A program made the position numbers and the translations under genes. A stretch of DNA of 64,000 bases, taken from NCBI GenBank assembly GCA_973895155.1, contig OZ316898.1, forward strand, positions 11,927,187 to 11,991,186, given 5' to 3'. This DNA is from Marsupella aquatica. Its lineage: Eukaryota; Plantae; Marchantiophyta. The stretch's first letter is position 1, and every line of letters begins with the position of its first letter. Shown piece after piece: positions 27,268-39,055 of the stretch. The notes below the pieces were generated by a model, which searched no databases, was not told where the DNA came from, and saw only the letters and a list, made by a program, of their open reading frames with translations.

Positions 27268-29277
27268 ATGTGTTTGTACATTGTCAAATATCGCAGACCT
27301 TTTGTACACATCGCAAACATGGGACGATGGGAATTGTCTTCTGATGATGAAGACAAAGAGTTCACGACACAACATCTTACCATGCAAGATGGTCAAGGAT
27401 CCTATTGTGACGATGAAGCTCTTCGTAATAATGTGTTGGATAATCTTACAACCATTGGCATTCACTATGAGGCTAAACCCAAGGTTGATGGAACACCGGC
27501 GCCAAACACAAGAAGATGGGAAGATGAGGGTATGAAGGATGAATGGAGTATATTAACGCCCAATGTAAATCCTCCCCATGACGAATGGGCCATGAATGCA
27601 AAGGAATTGGAGATGTTGATGCCAAAGAAAGACTTTTGGCCATTAGCACAACAAATTTTTCACGATCTGGATCTTTGGGCAACAAGATCATGGGCGCAAG
27701 AAAAATTCACCATGTCCAAAGTAACACATGCAGGTGTTAAATCACATTGGCAGCAACGATATCGAGAGTTTGCTCCACACAAAGCCCAAACGAAAATGAG
27801 TTCCATTTACCCTCCTTTTATCCGATGTCTGATTGCTGAATTCATTCTCAAGTGGAAGGTGGATTACCGTTGGGAAAACAGTGCTGGCAAGCTGACTCAT
27901 CAGGTGCATCCATCAGTGGTTGCGATTGCAACGAATAGGAATACAACTATTACAAAGGACCCTTCAATGGAGACTTCCAACAAGGGATCCAAAAGAAAGC
28001 TAGATGACACTGGGGAGGGATATGCGCATGAGAAGGGGAAAGCGGCTGTACTTCCTCGAGTCTCCATGCCTGACCGTGCAGCACCACCAACCAATGTGGA
28101 GTCAACGCACACCAAAAAACCAATCCTTGTAGGTGTTGGGAGTAGAACTCCACATGCAAAGAACAACAATGTTACTGATGCTAACAAGGATAAGTTCAAC
28201 CTGCACAACATATGCAAGAGCTTGGGGGCAGATGTTGCAGAGGTGATTGAGACAAATCTCCGCACGAAGTATGTAGTGGAGCTATGTGAATGTGGTAGCA
28301 TCGAAAAGTTCAAGTCACAATTGCAACAAGCTGATATAAAGATGAGATCACTTGAGAAGAAGCAGAACGAGCTGACGACCAATTCTGAAGTGATGTTGTA
28401 CAAGTGTCAATTGTTTGACAAGATGGAAGAAATCAATAAGCTGACAAAACAACTTGCTGAAAAAGAGCGTCAATGCAATGAACTGGCACGACTTGAGGAG
28501 AAGGACAAGATCATTAATGATCTTAAAAGTGAACTTGCAATGCAAGCAATCATCATATCAAATCTTCACGAAGAGGTGCAAGAATTTAACAATGGTGCTT
28601 TGGGGATGAGGTCAAACAAAGGGCAAGGTGAATTATCGTCGCCAAATTTTGTTAACATGCAAATCATAGATCCTACAGGGCACAGCAATCTTTTTCCAGA
28701 TGTGGAGGTTGACGCGGAAGGTATTGATAGGTTTTTTTAATAGTGGAAAAAGGATGAAACTATGGCAACATTTGTTCGTGAAAAGGATGACAAGTGTACT
28801 TGGTGCCTATATCCTTGGGGCCCTCAATCTGTTTCCATGTTGGGAACCTGCGGTCATATATGGCATCATGCTTGCTTGTCTAAATGGTTGAAGAAAAGCC
28901 AAAAATGTTGGTGTCGCACACCATTTCATGAACGCGAGTATGAGCAACGAGGATTGTTGAAGCAAATGCCATCAATGGAGACTCAACAAAACACTGAAGA
29001 TATGACTGAAGATATGACTGAAGATACTATACCGGCGATGCAAATAGATGAAACTCCCATTGAACATTTCACAATCAATGAATATAATTTGTCAGATGGG
29101 GAATTTGACAGGTTGTTATTCAGTGGTCGACTCGATGAGTGGAAACAATATGCGGCAGCCAACCAGCCATCAATAGATGAGCAAAATTTGCAACGATCCA
29201 TTCGGCGCCATCGACGATGTCAACAACAGGCAGAGGTGAAAACAGAAGCTGTTGACAATAACAACAAAAGGAACTAA
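27268..29277 (+). pseudogene. Transposon-borne coiled-coil + RING-finger protein (putative E3 ligase), interrupted by in-frame TAA-TAG at 28738-28743
   Basis: ORFs 27268-28740 and 28762-29277 are in the same frame. Heptad-rich segment KSQLQQADIKMRSLEKKQNEL..., then CTWC...TCGHIWHHACLSKWL...CWCR (RING-H2-like). Confidence 0.75.
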
Positions 29278-29782
29278 AACCAATAGTCTCTACATTTTGA
29301 TGTTATTTTCATGTAGTTACTATTAGAGACATTTTGTTAAAATAGAAGCGGCATATCCTCTTTGACAATTATTTTCAACTTGTAATTGGTAAAGAGATTT
29401 TGGAGTGACATTACATTGCATATCTCGTTGAGTACATATATTTTTCATTGGGGGCATGGCGTCGCCTTTTGGAGAATGTGTATTTTCGTAAGAATATTCC
29501 ATCCTACAATCAGCCATAGGTTTTGGAGGCATATTGTCGGGCTCACAATCATATTTTTGGACAAGTATGAGGAAAATAGACGTGATGAGAGATGGTAGCA
29601 CAGTGGACTCAGGTACTGATCCTTCTCTGAAATCATTTCCAAAAGGAGATCGTGTAGCACAATGAGTTCAACAAAGTCAACATCGCAATGGTTTTAGCCG
29701 CCCAAGTTGAGAATGATTTTGTAGAAGGATGTATACCTAAGTCCACTCACTTTTCCTGTCTTTCATAATTTTTTCCGCTATT

Positions 29783-31110
29783 GCTGCTACGGCCAATGAC
29801 ATTCATGCACATGCGAACCGAGGCCAACGCCTACTCCTTTGCCCACCGCAAAAATGGGCCCTCATTACAACTTGAAGTTGAACGGAGTTTATTTGAGTAC
29901 GAGAGAAGTTCTGAAAGCAAATGCACTCTCAGGTCAAATTTTCAGGTCCTTCGAGCAAAAAATTACTGAGTATGTCATCGATCCGTTGGTTTCACAACTT
30001 CTCTCGTACTCAAATAAACTCTGTTCAACTTCAAGTAGCGTAGCTGCTATGACCAATGACATTCATGCGCATGCAAACCGAGGCCAACGCCTCTACATTT
30101 GCCTACCCCAAAAATGGGCCCTGATTAGAACTTGAAGTTGAACAGAGTTTTTTTCATTATGAGAAGGTTTATTCAAGCAATGGCACTCTCAGGTCAATAT
30201 TTCAGGTCCTCCTGACTTTGTTATTATTGAATATGTCCGTGCTCCGTTGCTTGAATAAATCTTCTGATAATGAAATGAACTGACCAATTACTGGAGTACG
30301 GCTGCTACGGCCTATGACATTAATTCGCACAATTGCATGTTTATATCCTCTCCTTTCCGAATTCCAATTCGAGCTTGGACATCCTCTCGTCAGCTGGTCT
30401 CCACCATTGCAGTTGCTCTTCACGCAAACCAAGATAGCAGTCTCTAGAATCCTCGAACCTATTTTATTTCAATGCATCATTCATAGTGTTTGAGGAATCC
30501 AGAGGTTCGCGTGAGGAGCAACTGAAAGGGTGGAGACCTGCTGACGAGAGGGTGTCCAAACTCGAATTGGAATTCGGACAGGAGAGGATATAAACGGGTG
30601 AACTTTGACTTGAAATTGGTGACTGTATTTTGCGTCTGCATATCAATTTGGTGATTGATCTTGCGGAATCCCCGTGACCGTGTCTGATCATCATCATGAC
30701 ATTGCTCTCCTTGGCCACCAATGGGCCCTCATTACAACTTCAAGTTGAACGGGGTTTATATGATTATGAGAAGGTTACTGATTATGTAGGCGATGTGTTC
30801 ATTTCACAACTTCTCTCATAGTCATATAAACTCTGCCCAACTTCAAGTAGTGCAGCTGCTACGGTCAACGACATTCACCCACCCCAAAAATGGGCCCTCA
30901 TTACAACTTCAAGTTCAACTAAGTTTATTTTATTACGAGAAGGTTTATTCAAGCAATGACATTCTCAGGTCCAATAATGAGGTCCTCTCGACCTCATTAT
31001 TATTGAATATGACGGTGCTCTATTGCTGGACTAAATCTTCGCATAGTGAAATGAACTAACCAATTAATGGAGGGGGCTGGTATGGACTACAGCTGCTATG
31101 GCCAACAACA
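29783..31110. repeat. Array of ~260-bp units, each with a long fold-back hairpin (putative ncRNA/small-RNA precursors)
   Basis: Leader GCTGCTA(C/T)G(G/A)CCAATGACATT-like at 29783, 30043, 30301, 30855 and 31092. Hairpins at 29870-30036, 30152-30275, 30339-30595, 30737-30848, and a degenerate one at ~30930-31050. Confidence 0.85.
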
Positions 31111-31344
31111 AGGTACTTTGAAATAGTCAGTGTTGGAGATTTGGAAAACATGTTGCGTTGGTGTGTCTCTATGACATTCTCAAATGCAAATACAAATAAA
31201 TTATTCAATCATTGTACAATAATAAACACACTGCAAGATAATACAATCATGTTACAAAAAATATAATTGTTTATAATTTTGTCTATGTCAGATACGACAA
31301 TATAAGAGTAGCAACACTTGATATTATCCTAATGAAAAGATGCT

Positions 31345-34250
31345 TCAAGGCTGTGAAGAGAAATTTCGTGCATTGTTGTTAAGATTTTTGCACAAAAGCG
31401 CATTCCACTCGTCTTGTTTGTCGCCCCAACTGAGTGGATCACGATTGTGTGACTGAACATTGTGCGATGTTTCTTGAAATGATGATATTCCTCGAAACCC
31501 ACCAAGGCCAATAGGCCTGTTCGACGTATATGGATTCATGACACTTGGCCCTGCATACGCATTCAAGGGTGGACCTGCATGGTGTTGCCAGTTTGCATGT
31601 GGGTCGTTTGAAGTTTGACCTTCATGATTGTTGTATCCATGAAAAAAGGTTGATGTCCTTCCATTCATCGGATGCCCTGCTGTGCCTATGCGTTGCTCGT
31701 TGAAATATGGTCTGCTTGTGTCAACATCATTCGCAAAGTTCGACCAAGGTGACCTTGGTTGGGAAGGCATCACAAAGTTTCTGTCCAGTGATGCATCTTC
31801 CTCGTCTTGGATTTGCGATTCATCAATTGTAGGATACATCTCCAAATCCATTTCATTCTCCCATTCCTCTGCAGCAATGATGTCTGTATCTGGTGGAATA
31901 CGAGTCAAGAACTCACTATCCTTATCCAATGAAAATCCGTGTAGCAATTCATCAGCATCATCAATTGTATCATAATCTTCGACATCTTTTTCACCAAGAG
32001 CCGCACGTGTTGCATCGTACTCTTCATTGGTGCACAACTCCATGGAGATAGGTCTAGGTCCATCATTTGTTCTTCTTCTTTGGTCATAACGTTCATATAT
32101 AAACGTATGCGGGTTTTGAACATTTGTGAGCCCTTTCTCTACCCTCATGTTTGTAAATACAAACACCAAATCTTTTGCTCGATCATTTGTCAATCGATTG
32201 CGACTTTTGGAATGTATAAATCCATACGAACTCCAGTTTCGCTCGCAAGCTGATGCACACACTTTTTGGTGTAAGATTCTTCGCGCCAGGATTCTCAAAT
32301 GTTTATAATCTGCACCATACGCATGCCACCACTCTGCTGGACTGACATTACCTATACTTGATTGGGCGGCTCCCATCGCTATTGATGTGTTGGGATTTTT
32401 TTTTTGGGCGTCAATGGCTTGACTGTGGATGGCAGAAATAAGTTCTCTGACGTCGCGATCACGGTTGATCCCCTCCTTCACCTGTTGTTCTGAATATCTA
32501 GCAATGTATTCACTGAAACCCCTATAGAGTTCTGGATCTCCAGCGACATCTATGTCCTCATCAAAAAACATTTGGGGATTGAGATATGCTGCCACTAGCA
32601 TGAAATCAGTGGTAAGAGATTTTTTCGATCCAAATACACTTTTAGTATCTTTGGTTTCAATACCTCTGTTACCAATGGACAATCCTCCATGCTTGCTTTC
32701 AAAACATCAATCCCTCTTTTCAAACTCCAATACAACCAACCTGATTGCGGAGAATCACCATCAAATTCTCGCAACATCTTGACCAACGGAGTAAAGAATT
32801 TAACTGTATCCTTCACTTCAACCCAAAATGTATCTTGCTGTATCCACATTTTAAGTTCGTCTGCCTTTCCCCTCGTCATGTGTCCAGCTGATTTTGGTCG
32901 CAATGGAAGTCTATCACGATAAGACTGCCAATTATCATCAATGACCATCTGTTGTAAAGCTCCTCTTAGCTCCAACGCTCTTTGTGCCATTAGGAAATTA
33001 GTCGCAAATCTAGTTGCATTTGGATTCAATAGTTTTTTGTCAGGAGATTTTCTTGCAAATATTGCAGAAAGCTTTTGCGATGATGAAACTGCTTTTACTA
33101 TCCACCTCAACCGCTTAAAAATCTTTTAGAATGGATTCTGTCCAGCATCATCTAGCACTACACGCTTGTGACCACACATATCCTCTAGCAGCAAATTAAA
33201 CACGTGGGCAGCACACCAGCTCCAAGTGACATGAGGATACTTTTTCATGACTACCTCACAACCTGCTACGCGACTTGCGGGTGCTCCATCAGTTACAATT
33301 TGAATAATATGATCTGCACCAATATCCTCAATGTATTTCAACCACATGTTGCCAAGATATTTCCCATCTTTCTTGTCAGCTTGCGTAGCATTCCAACTAT
33401 CCAAGAAGAAGTCACCTTTAGAAGTCAACAACATGACATTCATCAAAGGTTCTCTTCGGACGTTTTCCCATCCATCTGAAGAAAGAGAATACCCATAAGG
33501 TTTTGCCTCCTTTAAAGTTTGCGTCATGTCCTTTGTGAGATCCTCCTTACTGTCTTCCAATAATTTCAATCGCAAACTTCGCATCGTAGGTAGAGAATAA
33601 CCATTGACAATCCCTTTTGAAGTCTCTATGACTGCTTCTCGAAAAAAAGGATTATTTGAAATATTGAATGGAATACCACTGGTGTAGAAAGCTTTCGCCC
33701 AAAGCTTATCCAAATTTGTTCTATTTGGAATTTGATAGGCATCCATAATTGGGTTAGGAAGATTTACTGGCCTATCTCCTTCCCTTACATGTGTATCATC
33801 CATGTCAACATAGTTTGACCCTCGTGTGGATGCTTGCGAATATGAACTTCCAACGCTTGGCCTACGACCTCTCACATCCCGCAAGATATGACTTCCATCT
33901 CGTCGTTTGTACTTTAAGGTCGGTGGAACCTTTATCACATTGTACATAATGTTGATGGCATCCAAATCGACGACACCATAGAGTTGCATGCAAGGGGGCG
34001 CATCCCCTTTTTGGATGTTTCCCATCAAATGCGCCTTTGCTCGTGTTGCATGATGAGTAACGTATGTTAAACAATACTTGCATCTTCGATAGATACGATT
34101 GATATCATGACATGTTGAAGGCGCATCACATCGTTCAAAATATCTCCACACTGGAGATTGTTTTGAAGGGTGTTCTTGCACACGAGTTGGACCAGGTCTG
34201 GGAGTAGTGGAATGATATCCAGTTTCATGCGAATCCTCTTCATCGGACAT
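31345..34250 (-). pseudogene. hAT transposase (BED finger, DUF659-type core, C-terminal dimerization domain) with one nonsense codon and one frameshift
   Basis: ATG at 34250. Motifs VWRYF..CKYC..RAKAHL, SSDGW, IIQIVTDGA, WCAAHVFNLLLED, NATRFATNF, AAYLNP and EWW..YG..LARRIL..SACERNWS. In-frame TAA at 33126 and a frameshift in the A run near 32620. Confidence 0.93.
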
Positions 34251-34824
34251 TGTTACGACTCTCAATGGTAAAAAAATAAAAGGGTTGATTCTTTTGATTT
34301 TGTGAATATAACAAATATAGTACAATGGGTTACTTTCCTGAATTATCGCAGATTGGGCCTAAGCTCAAAGCATACGCAGGAAAGTTTCCCAAATTCTTAT
34401 ATTTGTCAACATCCCTACTTCAACCTATGTTATGTAATATCTATAACTTCACAATAGTTTATCTTTGAAGTGAACATATGTACGAGAAATCGTGATACCC
34501 ATATGAAATGTCATAGACCGAGCCAAAGCTCTAAGCATATGCACATGGGTATCTCTTTACTCGCAAGTAGTTCACTTTCAAACAAAACAATGATGCAAAG
34601 TTGTTAAGGCGATATAAGGAACTTCTCGTATGAATTATCGCAGACCGAGCCGAGCTCAAAGCATGCGCGTACAAGAGTTCCAATGTATCCCTCCGATCTC
34701 TCCCTAATGCTAAACCACAAGAGAGAGAAACACAATGAGACTTTGGATTAGTGAAATGAATTAGTTATTCCTACTTATACTAAATCATCTACTTCTTATC
34801 CTCTCTTAAAACTCTTAATCTTTG

Positions 34825-35405
34825 ATCCTAACCCTAATTGCGCCTCCCTTAACCCTAATCTCGCTCCCCTAACCCTAATCCCGCCCCTAACTCTTCCCCG
34901 GCCGCCAATTCCCGAGCCCCGTCCCCGAACCCCGCACCCCGTTCCCCGAACCCCGTTCCCCGCATCCCCGCATCCCCGAACCCCCTACCCGAACCCCCTT
35001 CCCCGAACCCCCTACCTCGTTCCCCGAACCCCGTTCCCCGAATCCCCGAATCCCGGCCCCCCTTTCCCGCCCCCCCTTCCCCGGTTCCCCGAATCCTCTT
35101 CCCCGAATGCCCCCCGTCCCCGGTTCCCCGAATCCCGTCCCCCGGGCCCCCTTTACCCCGGCCGGCCCCGGAAGGGTCCGGGGAGGGTTCGGGTGGGGGT
35201 CCGGGGAGGGTCCGGGAAAGGCCCGAGAGTCCGGGGAATGTTCGGGGGAGGGTCCGGCGAGGTTCCGGGAAAGGCCAGGGAGGGTCCGGGGAGGGTCCGG
35301 GAAGGGCCCGGGAGTCCGGGTTCGGGTCAGGGGGAGTTCGGGTTCAGGTCCGGGGTGCTCGGGAGGTGTTCGCGAAAGGTCCGGGGAAGTCGGGGTTCGT
35401 TCGGG
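34825..35405. repeat. Right hAT terminal region: AACCCTAA motifs, a C-rich CCCCGAA block, then a G-rich GGTCCGGG block
   Basis: Direct inspection; broadly mirrors the left end. Confidence 0.85.
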
Positions 35406-35528
35406 AGAATCTTCAGAAATATACGTCAAATTGCGTGTTTTCGGGTCGTCATTTGACGATTTGACGTGCCCGACAAGGCGTCAAGGTGCCCGTCAGATTA
35501 AACCGGGCTGCCAAGGTCTCGATCTCTG

Positions 35529-38500
35529 ATGGGTACATCAGCAGCTGCATCAATTGTCCTCTCGCAGTTGACCGTTCCCGTCCCTCGACTAGTCATCCAT
35601 CACTATCACCCCTTCCTCCCCCGGCGTTCACTAATACTCTCTCGAAAACCTCTATGGAAAAGCCCCTGCCTCCCAGCTGCGATTTCGGTGCACATTAGTA
35701 ATTTGAGACCTGCCCGGAGGTGCCCATTCATCGCTCGAGCCAAAGTGGTGGTCGCAGAGACGATGCTTTCGTCGAATGCTTCACCAAAGCAGCACCAGAA
35801 GCAGCAGGAGGAATATCAGCATTATGATCTCCCCTCCACGGAATTGGGATACTTTCAAGACATGTTCGCGTTGCGATCGAAAGCAACTTTCCTAGCTCTT
35901 GTTCAGGTAATTGAAATTTTTGTCTCCGTGGAAGCTCTGAATTTGCAGACTTGGAGAAGTCTGTGCAAGAAACAACGATGTGGCTGTGGAGGAAAGTAGA
36001 TGCATTGAGATTGCTAATATTTGTATTGCTACTCGATTTCCCGAGATCCCTTCTGTTAATTCTAATGTGGACACCAGGGTTGCAATTCGGGAGAGACGCA
36101 GCCTCCTAATACTCCCCGCACTAATTCACAAATCAAAACATCACAGCGTGGATCATCAGCGGTAGACTTTATCGGGGTCTGATTAAGTCTTTTTCTGAAT
36201 TCGTGCTGGTGAATTGCCAGCTCTAATGGAGTCAGGCATGACACGTTGAACACAAGCAGATGAGCATGTTATGTTTGAGTTTGGACCAATCATCGTGTCC
36301 CTTTCAACGTGACTGTCATGAAGACTCTTTTCAATGTCTACACGCTATCTGTCTCTCCTCGTGATAACATATGTACATATGACACTGTCAAGGACTTGGG
36401 AATTTGCGTAATTAGAGGCGCTGTGTGGATGACATTTGATTTGATTTTTTAACCCTTTTCAGTTGAGATGTTACTGAAACGGAACAGCTGATCGAACTCT
36501 TGAATTCCGCAAGGGTCTAATATTCTTCTTTTTGGGCAAATCTAGGAAGGCGATCGATTGGCAGTGGTCGTTGACCGCACCGTTCTGTATCCTCAAGGTG
36601 GCGGTCAGCCTTGCGACACTGGCTACATCTCCACCGTGGATGAGAAAATCAAATTCTGTGTGGAGGATGTGCGCGCAAAGAATGGACTTGTCAGTCTTAT
36701 CCCTAGTCCTATCAGTTTGTTTGACAAAGGATGAAGACAAGGGTTTTAAAGTACAGTAGAGGATTAATAAGCACAGTTTTGTTCTGTCCAGCTGTGAAAT
36801 CTAGGTCAGATAATCTAGTGATGTGCATTTCGCGTTCAATGCCCCTTTATTTTGATTCCAAGTCATATCAATCGATTTACCAGGTGTGAGTAAAATGTCT
36901 CAACCCTCAAATTGAGCAACAGGACGGATTGTGATGGTTCGTCTCAGGAATCTATAAAATATTATTTCCGTTTATCGATAGCATTTACAGTATGAGCCTG
37001 CAATGTGGCTCGGAGAGAGCAGATCGTCTGAAAGTCAATTAATTCCTTTTAGAATCCCTAATGAGCCAAGCCGTAACCTTGGGTTCTATAGTTTAGATGA
37101 GCAGATCTGCAGGAGCTTGATTTCTTGTCTTTAAGACATGGCTGTAACGAAAGATTCTACCAAGCATTGATCAAACGCTCATGCTGTTATCGCAGGTGTA
37201 TCATTATGGAAAGTTTGAGTCTTCTGAGGACACTTCCTTTCAGATAGGGCAAGAAGTACTGCTAACTGTTGATGATTCTCGGCGGTCACAGAGCTCGAGG
37301 TTCTTGAGCCTACCTCGTCATGTCATGGTGCTTTCATCATAGGATTCATTACATCTGCTTTTTTCAAGCCAGAGCCTGGGGAAGCTAAGTGTCGCATAAA
37401 GGTGTCATATGCATTGGATCTGCAGTTTGAGTCATGAAGCCTGGTGTATGCTTTTTCTTTAATCAATTAACACGAGCTTTGTGAGTTATGTTTCAGAGAA
37501 AGACATTTTGAAAGCAATCCCAGGTTATGCAAAAGTATCTATGGGATGGCAAAAAAGTCTCGAGGTTTCATGTCAGCAGATGGAAATTTGCTTTAGGTAC
37601 TAACTTTACCTGGAATTGTCTTTGCAGGTTACACTCAGCTGGACATTTGCTAGATGCGTGTATGAAAACTATTGGTTTAGTTACTTTCGAGCCAGCAAAG
37701 GGGCATCACTTTCCAGATAGGTATGGTAATCTGGACGTACATGTAGTATTTTCTGGATTAAGAACGGGGTGACTTTTCGATGTTTGCATTATCAGCCTCA
37801 GGTTCTATCGTTGGTGCAAGGGAGTTCACTCATTTCAGTGTTTCAGGGTTCCTGGACTATAAGACTCTCTCGAATTGATATTGTGATGGTAGAAGGGTTA
37901 TCATGCACACAGGAGTAGAGCAATGGGTTTATCTTTAATCAAATTCTTCAGACTCTGCTTATAATACATGTGCAGCCCCTTCGTGGAGTACAAGGGTACT
38001 ATTCCAGCTTCAGATATTGAGAAGAAGCGTGCTGAATTGGAAGTAGAAGCGAATCGATTAGTCACAATGGGCGGTTCGGTACGTGCATCTGACATGTTTC
38101 ACCAAAATTAATTGTTTTAACTCGCAGCACCGACCGTGAAAGTCTGGTCACTGTACTTTTTCGGTTGCATAGCCCAGAAAAGCAGAGTTTATGTGCTGTC
38201 CTCTGTGGTGAGCCCATAAGTCACCGGGCATTGGGACGCAGACTTGACGTCCAATCAACCATCGGAATAACAGAACGCACGGAATGCCATGATTTGAAAG
38301 AGCTGTCCGGTTTGCAGGTTCAAGCTGTTGTAGCACCTTACGAAGAAGCTGCTAATTTATGTGGCGGGAATCTTCCAGACTACATAGCTAAGGTTGGCTT
38401 CTGGATATGACACTCACCTTTGTTCTCGGTATTACTCACCTACTATAGAGAGACTACCTTTTCATTATCCGGAATTCTATTTTTGTATACCGGAATTCAT

Positions 38501-39055
38501 TTCCATGCTTTGGACCCTGTACGCCACCCGGCGGTCTATGTGCTTTTGAGTCCAATTGTTTTTTCCGCATTTGTTGAAAACAGACAGCATCTGAAGTTGA
38601 AATTCGAAGTACTCATTGCGATATGTAATTGCAGGAAAGTACTCCCAGAATAGTGACTGTGGGTGGTCTAGGTTGTCCCTGCGGTGGTACGCATGTTGGA
38701 GATATCTCAGAAATTGGAAGCATTAAGGTTTACCCTGCTGACGATTCTTGCCTCCATTCTTTAGTACATCCTAGGAGCACATGAATGTCCCCACAATCGA
38801 TGGATATCAGAAATATGTAGAATGCGTCGGAGCTCCAAGAAGTCACTAAATTGGAGGTCTTCATTAGTGCACTTAGAGCCGAAGTAGTGAAGAATTAAAA
38901 CCGAGTGAGTTTTGTTGAGCATCATTCATCTCTAAGTTTGCTTTGCATGTTAAAGTATTGTATAAACGCTGAGGTGGGATGTTTTGCAGGTTGCGCAAAT
39001 TCGTGTCAAGAAGGGTTTGACCAAAGTTTCCTACACAATTGCGGCTGCTGCATAG
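35529..39055 (+). CDS. Free-standing AlaX-type alanyl-tRNA editing protein with a probable organellar transit peptide
   Basis: Exons 35529-35906, 36546-36689, 37196-37299, 37628-37720, 37976-38078, 38318-38392, 38635-38727 and 38990-39055. Motifs DRTVLYPQGGGQPCDTG, RLHSAGHLLD (HxxxH) and CPCGGTH (CxxxH). Confidence 0.92.

Larger units (their letters stand above)
24172..35507 (-). mobile_element. Giant (11,336-bp) hAT DNA transposon with cargo genes
   Basis: 8-bp TSD CTGCCAAG at 24164-24171 and 35508-35515. Short TIRs CCCGGTTT...AAACCGGG, GC-rich termini, long subterminal inverted repeats, and an internal hAT transposase. Confidence 0.93.
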
